Source of the DNA: Thermodesulfobacteriota bacterium
GTDB taxonomy: Bacteria; Desulfobacterota; Desulfomonilia; UBA1062
Direction of reading: 5' to 3'
Assembly (NCBI GenBank): GCA_036834365.1
Contig: DAITOA010000001.1
Coordinates: 15,892 to 79,891, forward strand
Length of the DNA: 64,000 nucleotides
Below, in pieces: positions 28,569 through 38,483 of the stretch. The translations under genes and the position numbers were made by a program. The stretch's first letter is position 1. Every line of letters begins with the position of its first letter. The notes under the pieces were generated by a model. The model had not been told where the DNA came from and searched no databases. It saw only the letters and a list, made by a program, of their open reading frames with translations.

Positions 28569-28844
28569 ATGAAGGCTCTCCATCTGACGATCCATGGCAG
28601 GGTTCAGGGTGTCTGGTTTCGCGCCACTACCCGGGAAATGGCCCAGAAATACAGAATAATGGGATGGGTGAGGAATACCACTGACGGATCTGTCGAAGCC
28701 CATATTCAGGGAGAGGAATCCGCCGTGGACAAGATGTTGTCCTGGTGCCGGCAGGGGCCACCCGGTGCACGGGTTGATGATGTGGATGTGAGGGATGTTG
28801 ATCTCATGGACGATTACAAGGCGTTCAATATAAGGTATTATTGA
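28569..28844 (+). CDS. acyP: Acylphosphatase
   Basis: 91 aa, IHGRVQGVWFRATTRE...GWVRNTTDGSVE signature. Confidence 0.8.
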   Translation: MKALHLTIHGRVQGVWFRATTREMAQKYRIMGWVRNTTDGSVEAHIQGEESAVDKMLSWCRQGPPGARVDDVDVRDVDLMDDYKAFNIRYY

Positions 28845-28960
28845 AACGATCCGGACATCTGCGGCACATCCATTTCATGCTTGCATAACAAAACATGATG
28901 GGATATGGAATGTTCGCTCCTTGCTCCAAGAGTGGGGCTATAAACCATAAGGAGGGTTTA

Positions 28961-29332
28961 ATGAATCTCTATGAGATCATGTTCATCCTCAACCCTGACA
29001 TGGGGGACGATGAGCGGGAAAAAATGATTACACGCCTCAAAGGTACCATCTCCAAGAACAAGGGAGACGTCATCCGTTTCGATGATCTGGGATTCAAGAC
29101 GCTCACCTACAAGATCAAGAAGAAGTCGCGAGGACAGTACTTCCTCATGTATCTTGACGGACCGGGGTCCATGGTCGCAGAGATAGAGCGTTTTCTGCGT
29201 ATCGATGAGAATGTCATCCGGTTCGTGGTGGTGAAGCTGGACAAGCATGTCACCAGGGAATCCCTTGAGCCGAAGGCTGAACCCCAGCCCGAAGAAGCAC
29301 CAGCAGCTCAACAAGAAGAAACAGGAGCCTAA
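28961..29332 (+). CDS. rpsF: 30S ribosomal protein S6
   Basis: [20 protein letters not shown]... RBS aaggaggg. Confidence 0.9.
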   Translation: MNLYEIMFILNPDMGDDEREKMITRLKGTISKNKGDVIRFDDLGFKTLTYKIKKKSRGQYFLMYLDGPGSMVAEIERFLRIDENVIRFVVVKLDKHVTRESLEPKAEPQPEEAPAAQQEETGA

Positions 29333-29333
29333 C

Positions 29334-29594
29334 ATGCAGGACAGACCGCCGAGATCCCATTCGAATCCTAAGCAGAAGCCGTATTATAAGAGGAAGACAT
29401 GCAGGTTCTGTGAGGAAAAGACACTGCCCATCGACTACAAGGCTCCGCATGTGCTCAAGGACTTCATCACCGAACGGGGCAAGATCCTGCCCAGGAGAAT
29501 CACCGGGACCTGCTCGTTCCATCAGAAGAAGCTGGCGACCGAGATCAAGCGGGCCAGGATCATGGCCCTGATTCCCTTTACGGTGCACGACTAG
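29334..29594 (+). CDS. rpsR: 30S ribosomal protein S18
   Basis: ...[65 protein letters not shown]. Confidence 0.9.
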   Translation: MQDRPPRSHSNPKQKPYYKRKTCRFCEEKTLPIDYKAPHVLKDFITERGKILPRRITGTCSFHQKKLATEIKRARIMALIPFTVHD

Positions 29595-29597
29595 CGC

Positions 29598-30518
29598 ATG
29601 TTCCTCGTGAGCGGAGGCGGGAGGACCCGATGGATTGCAACGGGGGTCTTTCTGCTCTACTCTGTTCTGATCGTCATGGCATCGGACGTAATTCTGCCTG
29701 CGGCAATGCTGTATCCGGGAGCCTACTGCCTCTACGCGAGGAGGATGCCATTGAAATGGGCCTTGCTCGTGGCGAGCTCACCCCTGGTGCTGGGCGTTAT
29801 TCCGGCCTTTACCATGGGTGCCTTTCTCTATTGCGTCCTGTTCGTGTCGGCCATGACCTTGCACATGTTTCTCAGGAGGGGCAGTGTCGGACTCGCCATC
29901 GGTGTTCCGGCCATGCTCATATTCGGATTTGTCATGGCAAGTCTTTTTTCCCTCGCACGGGAGAATGCAATATCTGTCCAGGGGGTGATCTCCCGCTGGG
30001 CCGATACAGTGGCGGGAGAATCGCTGAGGGCATCTGAGACTATGCTCTCCGGTGCGGAGTTGAACGAGTTCAAGGACATGATCTCAGTGATGAAGGAACG
30101 GATCATCATGCTCTTCCCTTCGATAGTCCTGACGGGTTCGGCCTTCTTTTTATGGCTTAACCTGGTTGTCGTATCCGTCTGGACGCACGGACTGTCCCTG
30201 AGAGAATGGAAAAGCCCGGACTGGCTGATCGGAGGATTCATCATTGCCGGGGCTTTTACGGTCATACCCCTGGGCAGCCTGCCGGTCATAGGGATCAATC
30301 TCCTCATCATCGTCTGTGTAGTGTACTTTTTCCAGGGTCTTGCCATTATGTCGGTCTTCATGGGAGAAAGGGGATGGCCTGCCTTTATCCGCTGGCCTAT
30401 TTACATTTTAATCTTGATCCAGATATATATGATGGTTATTGTAGCCGGGCTCGGATTATTCGATGCCTGGTTTGATTTTCGTACAAGGATACGAACACCA
30501 AAAGGAGATAAAGAATGA
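29598..30518 (+). CDS. DUF2232/YybS-like polytopic membrane protein
   Basis: 306 aa with several TM segments. Sits in the conserved rpsR to rplI position. Confidence 0.5.
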   Translation: MFLVSGGGRTRWIATGVFLLYSVLIVMASDVILPAAMLYPGAYCLYARRMPLKWALLVASSPLVLGVIPAFTMGAFLYCVLFVSAMTLHMFLRRGSVGLAIGVPAMLIFGFVMASLFSLARENAISVQGVISRWADTVAGESLRASETMLSGAELNEFKDMISVMKERIIMLFPSIVLTGSAFFLWLNLVVVSVWTHGLSLREWKSPDWLIGGFIIAGAFTVIPLGSLPVIGINLLIIVCVVYFFQGLAIMSVFMGERGWPAFIRWPIYILILIQIYMMVIVAGLGLFDAWFDFRTRIRTPKGDKE

Positions 30519-30970
30519 AGGTAGTACTTTTGGAGACAATCGAAGGCCTGGGCAGTGTAGGCCAAGAGGTGAAGGTAAAGGACGGCTATGCCCGGAACTT
30601 TCTTGTTCCGAAGGGGCTGGCTCTTCTGGCGACAGATAGAAACCTGAACGCATTCAAGGACAAGATACAGGCGCGCATCCGTTCAGAGGCAAAATCCCGC
30701 GAGCATGCCATGAAGCTTTCGGAAGAGATCTCGTCCGTGTCCCTGAAATTCGCCGTGAAAACGGGGCAGGAGGGTAAGCTTTTCGGTTCCGTCACTGCAA
30801 CGGACATCTTCGACGCCCTCAATGGGAAGGGGTTCGATGTAGACAAGAAGAAAATCCACCTGCAGGAGCCCATCAGGCATGTGGGGACCCACGAGGTTGC
30901 CGTCAGGCTCTTTCCCGAGGTGACGGCGCACATCAAGGTGGAGGTTGTTCCAGAATCACAGGGCGAGTAG
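30515..30970 (+). CDS. rplI: 50S ribosomal protein L9
   Basis: MKVVLLETIEGLGSVGQEVKVKDGYARNFLVPKGLA... Confidence 0.9.
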   Translation: MKVVLLETIEGLGSVGQEVKVKDGYARNFLVPKGLALLATDRNLNAFKDKIQARIRSEAKSREHAMKLSEEISSVSLKFAVKTGQEGKLFGSVTATDIFDALNGKGFDVDKKKIHLQEPIRHVGTHEVAVRLFPEVTAHIKVEVVPESQGE

Positions 30971-30971
30971 A

Positions 30972-32321
30972 ATGGAAACTCCGCCGGTATCCCTTCCCCA
31001 CAATCGGGAAGCGGAAGAGTACATACTCGGCGGCATCCTGATGGATAATGCATCCCTGGATGCCGTAACTGAAATCATCTCTCCCGAAGACTTCTACGCC
31101 GAGCGCAACCGGATCCTTTTCGATGAGATGCTGCACCTCATGGATAGAGGTCTGCCCATAGACCTCGTCTCGCTCACCGAGGCAGTGGAGGGGAAGGGCC
31201 GGCTCGAGAAGGTGGGGGGGGCTTCCTACATATCCCAGCTTGCCGACAATATTCCCACCTCCGCAAACATCGAGTACTATGCCAGGCTTGTCAGGGACAA
31301 GGCGGTTCTGCGATCATTGATCAGCGGCGCCGGTGACATCATACGCAACGCCAGGACTCCGGCTGGAGAGGTTGCAGACGTGCTGGAGTCGGCGGAACAG
31401 ATCATCTATGCCATCAACAAACAGGTCAAGGACAGGAAAGGCGGTCTTACAAAAATAGGAGTCCCGCTCCACGACCTGTATCACAACCTCAGCCGCATGG
31501 CAAAGGGCGAGGTCGACCAGGGCATTGTACCCACCGGATTCGGCGACCTCGATAACCAGCTTCTTGGCGGGCTCCATAAATCGGACCTCGTCATCGTTGC
31601 AGGCAGGCCGTCCATGGGGAAGACCTCCCTGGCCATGAACATCGCGCAGTATGTCTCCGTCGTAGAGCAGCTCCCTGTTGCGGTGTTCTCGCTGGAGATG
31701 GGCATCGATCAGCTCGCCTTGCGCATGCTGGCCTCGGAGGCATGGATCAACCAGAGCTATGTAAGGTCTGCAACGTCTCTTTCCATGCTCAAGAAGGAAG
31801 ACTGGAGCAAGCTCCTTGAGGCATCGGGAAAGCTCAATGATGCACCCCTCTACATTGATGACACGGCCGGTATTTCACCCATGGAGATCAGGGCAAAGAT
31901 GCGCAGGCTCATTTCCCAGGCGGATGTGAGGATGGTGGTCGTGGACTATCTCCAGCTCATGGCGTTAAAGACGCGCACCGACTCGCGGGAACAGGAGATA
32001 TCAGAGATTTCCAGGACGCTCAAGGCTATTGCGAAGGAATTCAATATCCCGGTCATAGCCATCAGTCAGCTCAACCGCAGGGTAGAAGAGCGCGGCGACA
32101 AGAGACCCATGATGTCCGACCTCAGAGAATCGGGGGCGATAGAGCAGGATGCCGATGTCATCTGCTTTATCTACCGGGACGACGTCTACAACTCCGACAG
32201 CCCGGAAAAAGGAATAGCGGAGATCATTATCGCCAAGCACAGAAACGGCCCCACGGGCACCATAAAGCTCAAATGGCTGCCCGAATACACCAAATTCTGG
32301 GAGCTGGACGCCCAACACTAG
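30972..32321 (+). CDS. dnaB: Replicative DNA helicase DnaB
   Basis: PHNREAEEYILGGIL... Walker A GRPSMGKTSLAMNIA. About 449 aa. Confidence 0.9.
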   Translation: METPPVSLPHNREAEEYILGGILMDNASLDAVTEIISPEDFYAERNRILFDEMLHLMDRGLPIDLVSLTEAVEGKGRLEKVGGASYISQLADNIPTSANIEYYARLVRDKAVLRSLISGAGDIIRNARTPAGEVADVLESAEQIIYAINKQVKDRKGGLTKIGVPLHDLYHNLSRMAKGEVDQGIVPTGFGDLDNQLLGGLHKSDLVIVAGRPSMGKTSLAMNIAQYVSVVEQLPVAVFSLEMGIDQLALRMLASEAWINQSYVRSATSLSMLKKEDWSKLLEASGKLNDAPLYIDDTAGISPMEIRAKMRRLISQADVRMVVVDYLQLMALKTRTDSREQEISEISRTLKAIAKEFNIPVIAISQLNRRVEERGDKRPMMSDLRESGAIEQDADVICFIYRDDVYNSDSPEKGIAEIIIAKHRNGPTGTIKLKWLPEYTKFWELDAQH

Positions 32322-32342
32322 GTCCCGAGTGGGCCACTTTTC

Positions 32343-33101
32343 CTAGAACCTTCTCCTTCGCATTGGGTACTCATGCCCTATATGGAGGTCCTCTGCCAGG
32401 ATGGAACGCTGTTTCTCAATGGCCTCGCGGATCCTCTGCAGGGACCGCATCTCGATCTGGCGGACACGCTCCCTGGTAACCCCGATCTGAGTTGCGATAT
32501 CCTTCAAGGTCGCCGGGGGATCGCTGAAAAACCTCTTTTCGATGATGAAGACCTCCCGTTTGCTCAGGATGGGGGGGTCGCATCTCAGGAGGTTCACCAG
32601 GTAGGCGTGTCTCTCTTTGTATGAGTAGAAATCGTCCTGGTCGGGGCCCTCGTACAGAAGATGGTCCAGAAGACTCTCTTCATGGTCCGTCTCGCTGGGT
32701 ATGGTGCTGTCCAGGGAGACGAGACCTTTGGCATGGGTGAGTCTCCCGGTATGGACCTGGTAGCTCTTATGGATGAAGTTCTTGATGTATGCCTTGATCC
32801 ACCAGATTGCATAGCAGATGAAACGTACCCCCATGTCAGGATCAAAGCGCGTAAGGGCTTTGACCAGCCCCATGTTACCCTCCTGGACGATTTCCAACGG
32901 CCCGTAACCCAGATGGAAGTAAGGCTGGGCGATCTTTACGACAAAACGCAGGTTCGAGGTGATGATCCTTTTCCCTGCACTGATGTCGCCCTGCTTGTAC
33001 TTGCGCGCCAGATCGAGCTCTTCTTCAGGTGTGAGGAGGGAGTAGTCCTTGATTTTTCGGGTATAGTTCTCGAAATCCGATGACGGATATCTGCTCCCCA
33101 T
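32343..33101 (-). CDS. Sigma-70 family RNA polymerase sigma factor, RpoH (sigma-32)-like
   Basis: Regions 2-4 present. LRFVVKIAQPY...IVQEGNMGLVKALTRFDPDMGVRFICYAIWWIKAYI parallels E. coli RpoH LRFVVHIARNY...[36 protein letters not shown]. The RpoH-box QRKLFFNLR is not obvious. Confidence 0.6.
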   Translation of the reverse strand: MGSRYPSSDFENYTRKIKDYSLLTPEEELDLARKYKQGDISAGKRIITSNLRFVVKIAQPYFHLGYGPLEIVQEGNMGLVKALTRFDPDMGVRFICYAIWWIKAYIKNFIHKSYQVHTGRLTHAKGLVSLDSTIPSETDHEESLLDHLLYEGPDQDDFYSYKERHAYLVNLLRCDPPILSKREVFIIEKRFFSDPPATLKDIATQIGVTRERVRQIEMRSLQRIREAIEKQRSILAEDLHIGHEYPMRRRRF

Positions 33102-33253
33102 AGACCCTCCCGAAAATGGGAATAGTATATCTTACCCTATAACTTTCACATTAGTCAAGGTGTTATCCATGAAAAATTTGAATAAATAAAAATGCAGTGA
33201 TAATGAAGGGTAACACGATACTAAATGTAACTCATTGATATTATATTTCACAC

Positions 33254-33267
33254 AATGAGATCTCATT
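33254..33267. promoter_or_regulatory. Perfect 14-bp palindrome AATGAGATCTCATT between dedA stop and the sigma-factor promoter region
   Basis: Read directly. Lies in an AT-rich (about 70% AT) 187-bp intergenic region, unusual against about 58% GC. Confidence 0.3.
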
Positions 33268-33288
33268 CAGTAAGATTGCGGAATTACT

Positions 33289-33927
33289 CTAATGTCTTGA
33301 TAAGATATTCTTTCTGTACTGGCGGATATAGATGATGAAAACGACTGCCATGACGGCCAGCACCGCCATGAGAGCCTGCTGCGAGTATTGCCTGACCAAC
33401 TCCAGATTGTCTCCCACAAGCTTTCCGATATAGGCAAGGATGGTCACCCAAAGGGCGGACCCCAGGGCGGTATACAGGCAGAAGCGCATGAGTTTCATGT
33501 GGGCCAGCCCGGCGGGAAATGAAATGAAATGGCGCAGCCCGGGTATGAGCCTGCCGGTAAAGGTGCTGATTTCTCCGTGGCTGAGGAAGAAGGAGTTCAC
33601 ACGCTCAAAACGCTCGGGGGGGAAGAGGATGTATTTGCCGTATTTCAGGAGGATAGGTCTTCCTAACCACACGGCGAGCATATAGTTGAAGAGTGCTCCC
33701 AGGATGCTTCCCGTGATGCCGCAGACGATGACCAAAACCATGTTCATATCCCCTTTGGCAACCAGATACCCTGCAGGGGGGACGATCACTTCGCTGGGGA
33801 TCGGCACAAAGGTGCTCTCCAGAAACATGAGGAACAGGATGCCGGCATAACCCAGCTGCCCTATCTTATCGACGAGCCAGAGGATGATTTCTTCCATGAT
33901 GCGATCATATAGGAGCTGTGAGTCCAT
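33289..33927 (-). CDS. dedA: DedA/SNARE-associated family inner-membrane protein
   Basis: 212 aa, ...FLESTFVPIPSEVIVPPAGYLVAKG... typical DedA core. Confidence 0.8.
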   Translation of the reverse strand: MDSQLLYDRIMEEIILWLVDKIGQLGYAGILFLMFLESTFVPIPSEVIVPPAGYLVAKGDMNMVLVIVCGITGSILGALFNYMLAVWLGRPILLKYGKYILFPPERFERVNSFFLSHGEISTFTGRLIPGLRHFISFPAGLAHMKLMRFCLYTALGSALWVTILAYIGKLVGDNLELVRQYSQQALMAVLAVMAVVFIIYIRQYRKNILSRH

Positions 33928-33994
33928 TGCAATAATTCATGGGAAGGATTACATAGGATGGGATTCCATCTGTTATCAGGAAAGATCGTGAGAA

Positions 33995-35284
33995 ATGAAC
34001 CCTGAAGAATGTATCATTCATATCGATTCCATGTCCTACGGGGGCAGGGGGATCGGCAGGCGAGGAGACGGTAAGGTGGTGTTCGTTCCCCTGGTCATTC
34101 CTGGGGAGAAAGTCCGGGTATCCGTCCAGAGAGATCACAAAGGGTACATCGAAGGTGAAGCCGTCGAGTTCCTTGAGACGTCGCCATGGCGAGTGGTACC
34201 ACCCTGTCCTTATTTTTCGAGGTGCGGCGGATGCGACTGGCAGCATATCCTCTATGAGACGCAGATGAAGCTGAAGGATGCCATCCTGAAAGAGCAGCTG
34301 AAAGGAAAGGGAATCGAGGTTTCCGAGGTGGGTGAGTCCCTGCCTTCGCCGAGAGAGACCGGTTACCGGTGCCATACGACCCTCAGGTGTTCCCATGACG
34401 ATGGTTTACTGATCGGTTTTTACAGGAGGAAATCAAATGATCTTGTCCCGATCGACGGGTGTCTGATCCTCAATGAAGCATGCCGTGATATCCTGGAGAG
34501 AATTGGGAGAACTCTCCAGGATGACCCGATCGTCGGTCTGGATGCCATCGACATCCATGCACCCTCTGATGAGATCCTGGTAAGGTTTGTCCAGCGGGGC
34601 AAGATCGACAGAGAGAGTCTGGAACGCATGAACCATATTTACCGGGCCCTCGGTCTGAGGGGGCTTTCCGTTGTCTTCCCGGATTCGGGGAGGCAGGAAT
34701 ACATTCTCGGCGAGACATTCTGCTCATATGGGATGCCACTTCATGGACGCAGGATCACCCTTGCAGGTAGCTTCGGCGGATTCATCCAGGCCAACCTGGA
34801 GGTGAACCGGGAGATGGTGATGGAAGTCCTTGAGAAGGCATCGGGATCGAAAACTATCCTCGACCTATATGGCGGGGCCGGTAACTTCGGCATCCCCCTT
34901 GCCCTGAATGCTGAACGTGTTACGGCAGTGGAGCAGGACAGGTCACTGGTGAAAACCGGGATCATGCTCGCCCGCAAGAACGGATGCAAGGGAATCCGTT
35001 TCGAGAATGAAGATGCAGCCCGCTTTGTGAAAAATCTCCAACGGGGTGATGCCCGTTTCGATACAGTGGTTCTCGATCCTCCCCGGGAGGGGGCAAGGGA
35101 GGTCGTTCAGTCACTGACCCGAATGAGGTCGGGCAGGGTCATATATATCTCCTGCAATCCCTCCACCCTTGCCAGGGACCTGGCGGTTCTCGTCGACGGA
35201 GGCTTCGCGGTGAAGTCGGTCCGGCTTTTCGACATGTTTCCCCAGACCTACCATATCGAGTCCGTGACGGTACTTGAGAGGTGA
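33995..35284 (+). CDS. rlmD: 23S rRNA (uracil-C5)-methyltransferase RlmD/RumA family (TRAM + 4Fe-4S + SAM-MTase)
   Basis: Cys cluster CPYFSRCGGCDWQH, MTase motif DLYGGAGNFGIPLA, catalytic ...ISCNPSTLARD. Confidence 0.85.
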   Translation: MNPEECIIHIDSMSYGGRGIGRRGDGKVVFVPLVIPGEKVRVSVQRDHKGYIEGEAVEFLETSPWRVVPPCPYFSRCGGCDWQHILYETQMKLKDAILKEQLKGKGIEVSEVGESLPSPRETGYRCHTTLRCSHDDGLLIGFYRRKSNDLVPIDGCLILNEACRDILERIGRTLQDDPIVGLDAIDIHAPSDEILVRFVQRGKIDRESLERMNHIYRALGLRGLSVVFPDSGRQEYILGETFCSYGMPLHGRRITLAGSFGGFIQANLEVNREMVMEVLEKASGSKTILDLYGGAGNFGIPLALNAERVTAVEQDRSLVKTGIMLARKNGCKGIRFENEDAARFVKNLQRGDARFDTVVLDPPREGAREVVQSLTRMRSGRVIYISCNPSTLARDLAVLVDGGFAVKSVRLFDMFPQTYHIESVTVLER

Positions 35285-35399
35285 AGAATATCTCCAGACC
35301 GTGCAGGATGGTTTCTTCCCCATCGTTCATGAAACCTTGCAGCATGTGTCCCCTTTTTCATCTGGACAAAGGACGAATGCGGCTTGTATATGTTGCTTG

Positions 35400-36248
35400 A
35401 TGATCGTCGGGGTCATATGCAAAGAGGATAATCCTGAAGCCCTAGCCCTTTCCAGAAGGGTGACCCAGTGGATCAGGGACAATGAGCTGCCCTGCCTCAC
35501 CGAAGATCATATCTCAGACTTTCTCGGCACAGAGCGGACGAATGACGTCTGGTTGAATTCCGACATCCTCGTGGTGCTCGGCGGCGATGGGACCATCCTG
35601 AGGGCAATCCGTACGTCAATGCCCAGGAAGGTCCCCATTCTAGGCATTCATATGGGATATCTTGGCTTCCTCACCGAGGTCACCGAAGACGAGGTCATCA
35701 AGGCGCTGGAGGACATGAAAACAGGCAGGTATGTCCTCGATGAGAGGACCATGTTGGATGTCAGGCTTCTCAGAGGGGATACCGTCGTTGCGTCCCAGCA
35801 CGTGCTGAACGACATGGTCATCAACAAGGGTGCGTTGGCGAGGATCATCGATATGGAGGTCTGGACCAACGACGTCTTCATTACCAGCTACTGGGCCGAC
35901 GGGCTTATCATATCCACCCCCACCGGTTCAACTGCCTACAATCTTGCAGCGGGAGGACCCATCGTTCATCCCCATGTGAGCGCCGTTGTCCTGAATCCCA
36001 TCTGTCCTCATGTACTCTCCAACAGGAGCATCGTACTGCCCGACTCCCAGGAAGTGACCATTGTGGTGAAATCGGGGAAGGCCTCGGACAACATCTACCT
36101 GACCCTGGATGGCCAGAAGGGATACCCTCTCCTGGCCGATGACAGGATCCGGGTCAGGCGAGGCTCCCTGAAGGCGGTCATGGTGAGGTTCCCCGAGAGG
36201 AACTATTTCGAGATTCTGCGCAGTAAACTGAAGTGGCAGGAGAGATGA
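35400..36248 (+). CDS. nadK: NAD+ kinase
   Basis: GGDGTILRA... and NDMVINKG...DGLIISTPTGSTAYNLAAGGPI motifs. Start chosen at internal ATG 35400 (ORF track starts at 35274, overlapping rlmD). Confidence 0.8.
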   Translation: MIVGVICKEDNPEALALSRRVTQWIRDNELPCLTEDHISDFLGTERTNDVWLNSDILVVLGGDGTILRAIRTSMPRKVPILGIHMGYLGFLTEVTEDEVIKALEDMKTGRYVLDERTMLDVRLLRGDTVVASQHVLNDMVINKGALARIIDMEVWTNDVFITSYWADGLIISTPTGSTAYNLAAGGPIVHPHVSAVVLNPICPHVLSNRSIVLPDSQEVTIVVKSGKASDNIYLTLDGQKGYPLLADDRIRVRRGSLKAVMVRFPERNYFEILRSKLKWQER

Positions 36249-37903
36249 TCGAATTTCTCAAGATCTCTTCCATGGCGATCTTCGACGAGATCGAGATTGA
36301 ATTCACAGGAGGACTTAACTGCATCACCGGCGAGACCGGGGCCGGAAAGTCCCTCATCCTTGATGCGCTCACCCTGCTCATGGGTGCCAGAGCCGGACGT
36401 GATCTGGTCCGTCCCGGTGGTGCGAAGGCCGTCATCGAGGCCCTGATGAATGTGTCCGGCCGGGAGATGGTCCTGCGCAGGGAGATATCTCCTACCGGCA
36501 GCAGTCGGTGCTATGTCGACGGCAAACTGTCCACGGTGTCGTCCCTGGCCGAGGTATCTTCCGGTCTCATCAATATCTACGGCCAGCACGATTACCAGGA
36601 TCTCCTGAATCCGAGGCAGCATATGCGGATTCTGGAAGATCATGCGGGCCTGAGCAGGCAGGACGTCGAGGCGGCATATGCCGCATACATCGAGGCTCAT
36701 TCTGCGCTGACCAAGATCGAGCAGGATGTCCGCGCATATACCCAGGATCGCGAATACCTGGAACACTGTCTGCATGAGCTGAAGTCGACCCGGATTGAAG
36801 AGGGGCTCGAAGAACGCCTCCATCAGGATCTCCAGACGGCGTTGAAGGCCACCGATCTCAGGGAATCCTCCCAGGCCGTACAGGACCTCATCTATACCGG
36901 CAGTCCCTCCGTCATGGACCTTGGCGCCCAGGCCCGGCAGCTGATCGGCCGGATGGCACACCATGATCCTTCCATGGAGAACCTCATCCAGGACATGGAT
37001 GACATCCTGGCCCGTCTGGAAGACGTCCACGGCAAGCTCAGGGGCAGGATGGATGCCTACGAGGACGATCCCGAGCGTCTCGGCCGGATCGAGGAACAGC
37101 TCAATACAATCAGGGAACTGAAGAGGAAGCACCACACCGACGAGGCCGGCCTTATGGGGCTCGCCGGGGAGATGGGCCGGAAGCTCCTGCTCCTCGATGA
37201 ATCGGGGCAGAGCACCCGGGAGGCAAAGCGGGCTCTTGACCATGCCATGGAACGGTACCGTAGCGCGGTGAAGGATTTTCTTGAAAAGAGGAGAAGTTCG
37301 GCGCTCAGACTCAGCAGGAAGATCAACAGGGATCTCGGAGATCTCGGCATGCCCGGCACCGATTTCAGGGTGGCCCAGATGGAGCCGGGTGATCTCGATG
37401 CAACGTTCTTCGATGCCCAGGGAGGAGGTTCCTCTCCTGCTGTCCTGCTCAGGGGGGAATTTCTCGTATCCACCAATGTGGGGCAGCATGTGCTGCCGCT
37501 CACCCGAATCGCATCAGGAGGGGAGCTGAGCCGTATCATGCTTGCCATCAAGGGGCAGCAGAACACATCCACAGATGCGACCATGGTCTTTGACGAGGTG
37601 GACTCGGGCATCAGCGGCCAGACCGCCTTTGCCATTGCCAGGAAGCTCAAGGAGATATCAGGCCGGGCGCAGTCCATTGTGGTGACCCACCTGCACCAGG
37701 TCGCATCAGTGGCGGACACCCATCTCGTCATAACGAAGGCTGTTCATGGCAAGACCACCTCGTCGACCCTTGAACGCTGCACGGGGTCAAAAAGGGTAGG
37801 GGAACTCGCACGGATGATGGGCGGAGACGATCCGAGCCGCACGGTGATCGAACATGCACGAGAACTGGTCTCGGCTCATGAGGGCAAAGGGACCGCATCA
37901 TAA
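36245..37903 (+). CDS. recN: DNA repair protein RecN
   Basis: MIEFLKISSMAIFDEIEIEFTGGLNCITGETGAGKSLILDAL (SMC-like Walker A). About 552 aa. ATGA overlap with nadK. Confidence 0.9.
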   Translation: MIEFLKISSMAIFDEIEIEFTGGLNCITGETGAGKSLILDALTLLMGARAGRDLVRPGGAKAVIEALMNVSGREMVLRREISPTGSSRCYVDGKLSTVSSLAEVSSGLINIYGQHDYQDLLNPRQHMRILEDHAGLSRQDVEAAYAAYIEAHSALTKIEQDVRAYTQDREYLEHCLHELKSTRIEEGLEERLHQDLQTALKATDLRESSQAVQDLIYTGSPSVMDLGAQARQLIGRMAHHDPSMENLIQDMDDILARLEDVHGKLRGRMDAYEDDPERLGRIEEQLNTIRELKRKHHTDEAGLMGLAGEMGRKLLLLDESGQSTREAKRALDHAMERYRSAVKDFLEKRRSSALRLSRKINRDLGDLGMPGTDFRVAQMEPGDLDATFFDAQGGGSSPAVLLRGEFLVSTNVGQHVLPLTRIASGGELSRIMLAIKGQQNTSTDATMVFDEVDSGISGQTAFAIARKLKEISGRAQSIVVTHLHQVASVADTHLVITKAVHGKTTSSTLERCTGSKRVGELARMMGGDDPSRTVIEHARELVSAHEGKGTAS

Positions 37904-38022
37904 TAACTGCGTCAGGGAAAAGACTTACAAGGCATAGGTCTACCCTCTGCAGTGATTTTCATTTGACTTTTGAAGAGGTTCAATGGTCTATGGAGTGAAA
38001 CTCACCAGGAAGCTGCGAGGTC

Positions 38023-38481
38023 ATGATACGTAAACCAGCTATAGCCGAGGCGGACCAGATCAAGAGTCTCATCGACCCCTTCGTGAAGGAGGGGCTTATC
38101 CTGCCGAGGTCTCTCCATTCGCTGTATACGACCATCAGGGATTTCTGGGTGGACGCCGGGGAAGAAGATCCCGGGTTCATCACAGGCTGCTGTGCGCTCC
38201 ACATATCCTGGAACGACCTTGCGGAAATAAGGACCCTGGCCGTTCGGAGGGAATTCCAGGGGAAGGGGGACGGCATCGCCCTGGTGGAGGCCTGCCTTCG
38301 GGAGGCCCGGGCCCTCGGCGTCAGGAAGGTGTTTACGCTCACGTATGTACCTGAATTCTTTAAGAAAGTAGGGTTTTTCGAGGTGGACAAGTCCAAGCTT
38401 CCGAACAAAATCTGGGCCGACTGCATCCACTGCCAGTATTTCCCGGACTGCAGGGAAATAGCACTGGTCTATGACCTGTAG
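38023..38481 (+). CDS. GNAT-family N-acetyltransferase (short ArgA-like)
   Basis: 152 aa, ...LAVRREFQGKGDGIALVEA... acetyl-CoA binding motif. Confidence 0.65.
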   Translation: MIRKPAIAEADQIKSLIDPFVKEGLILPRSLHSLYTTIRDFWVDAGEEDPGFITGCCALHISWNDLAEIRTLAVRREFQGKGDGIALVEACLREARALGVRKVFTLTYVPEFFKKVGFFEVDKSKLPNKIWADCIHCQYFPDCREIALVYDL

Positions 38482-38483
38482 AG

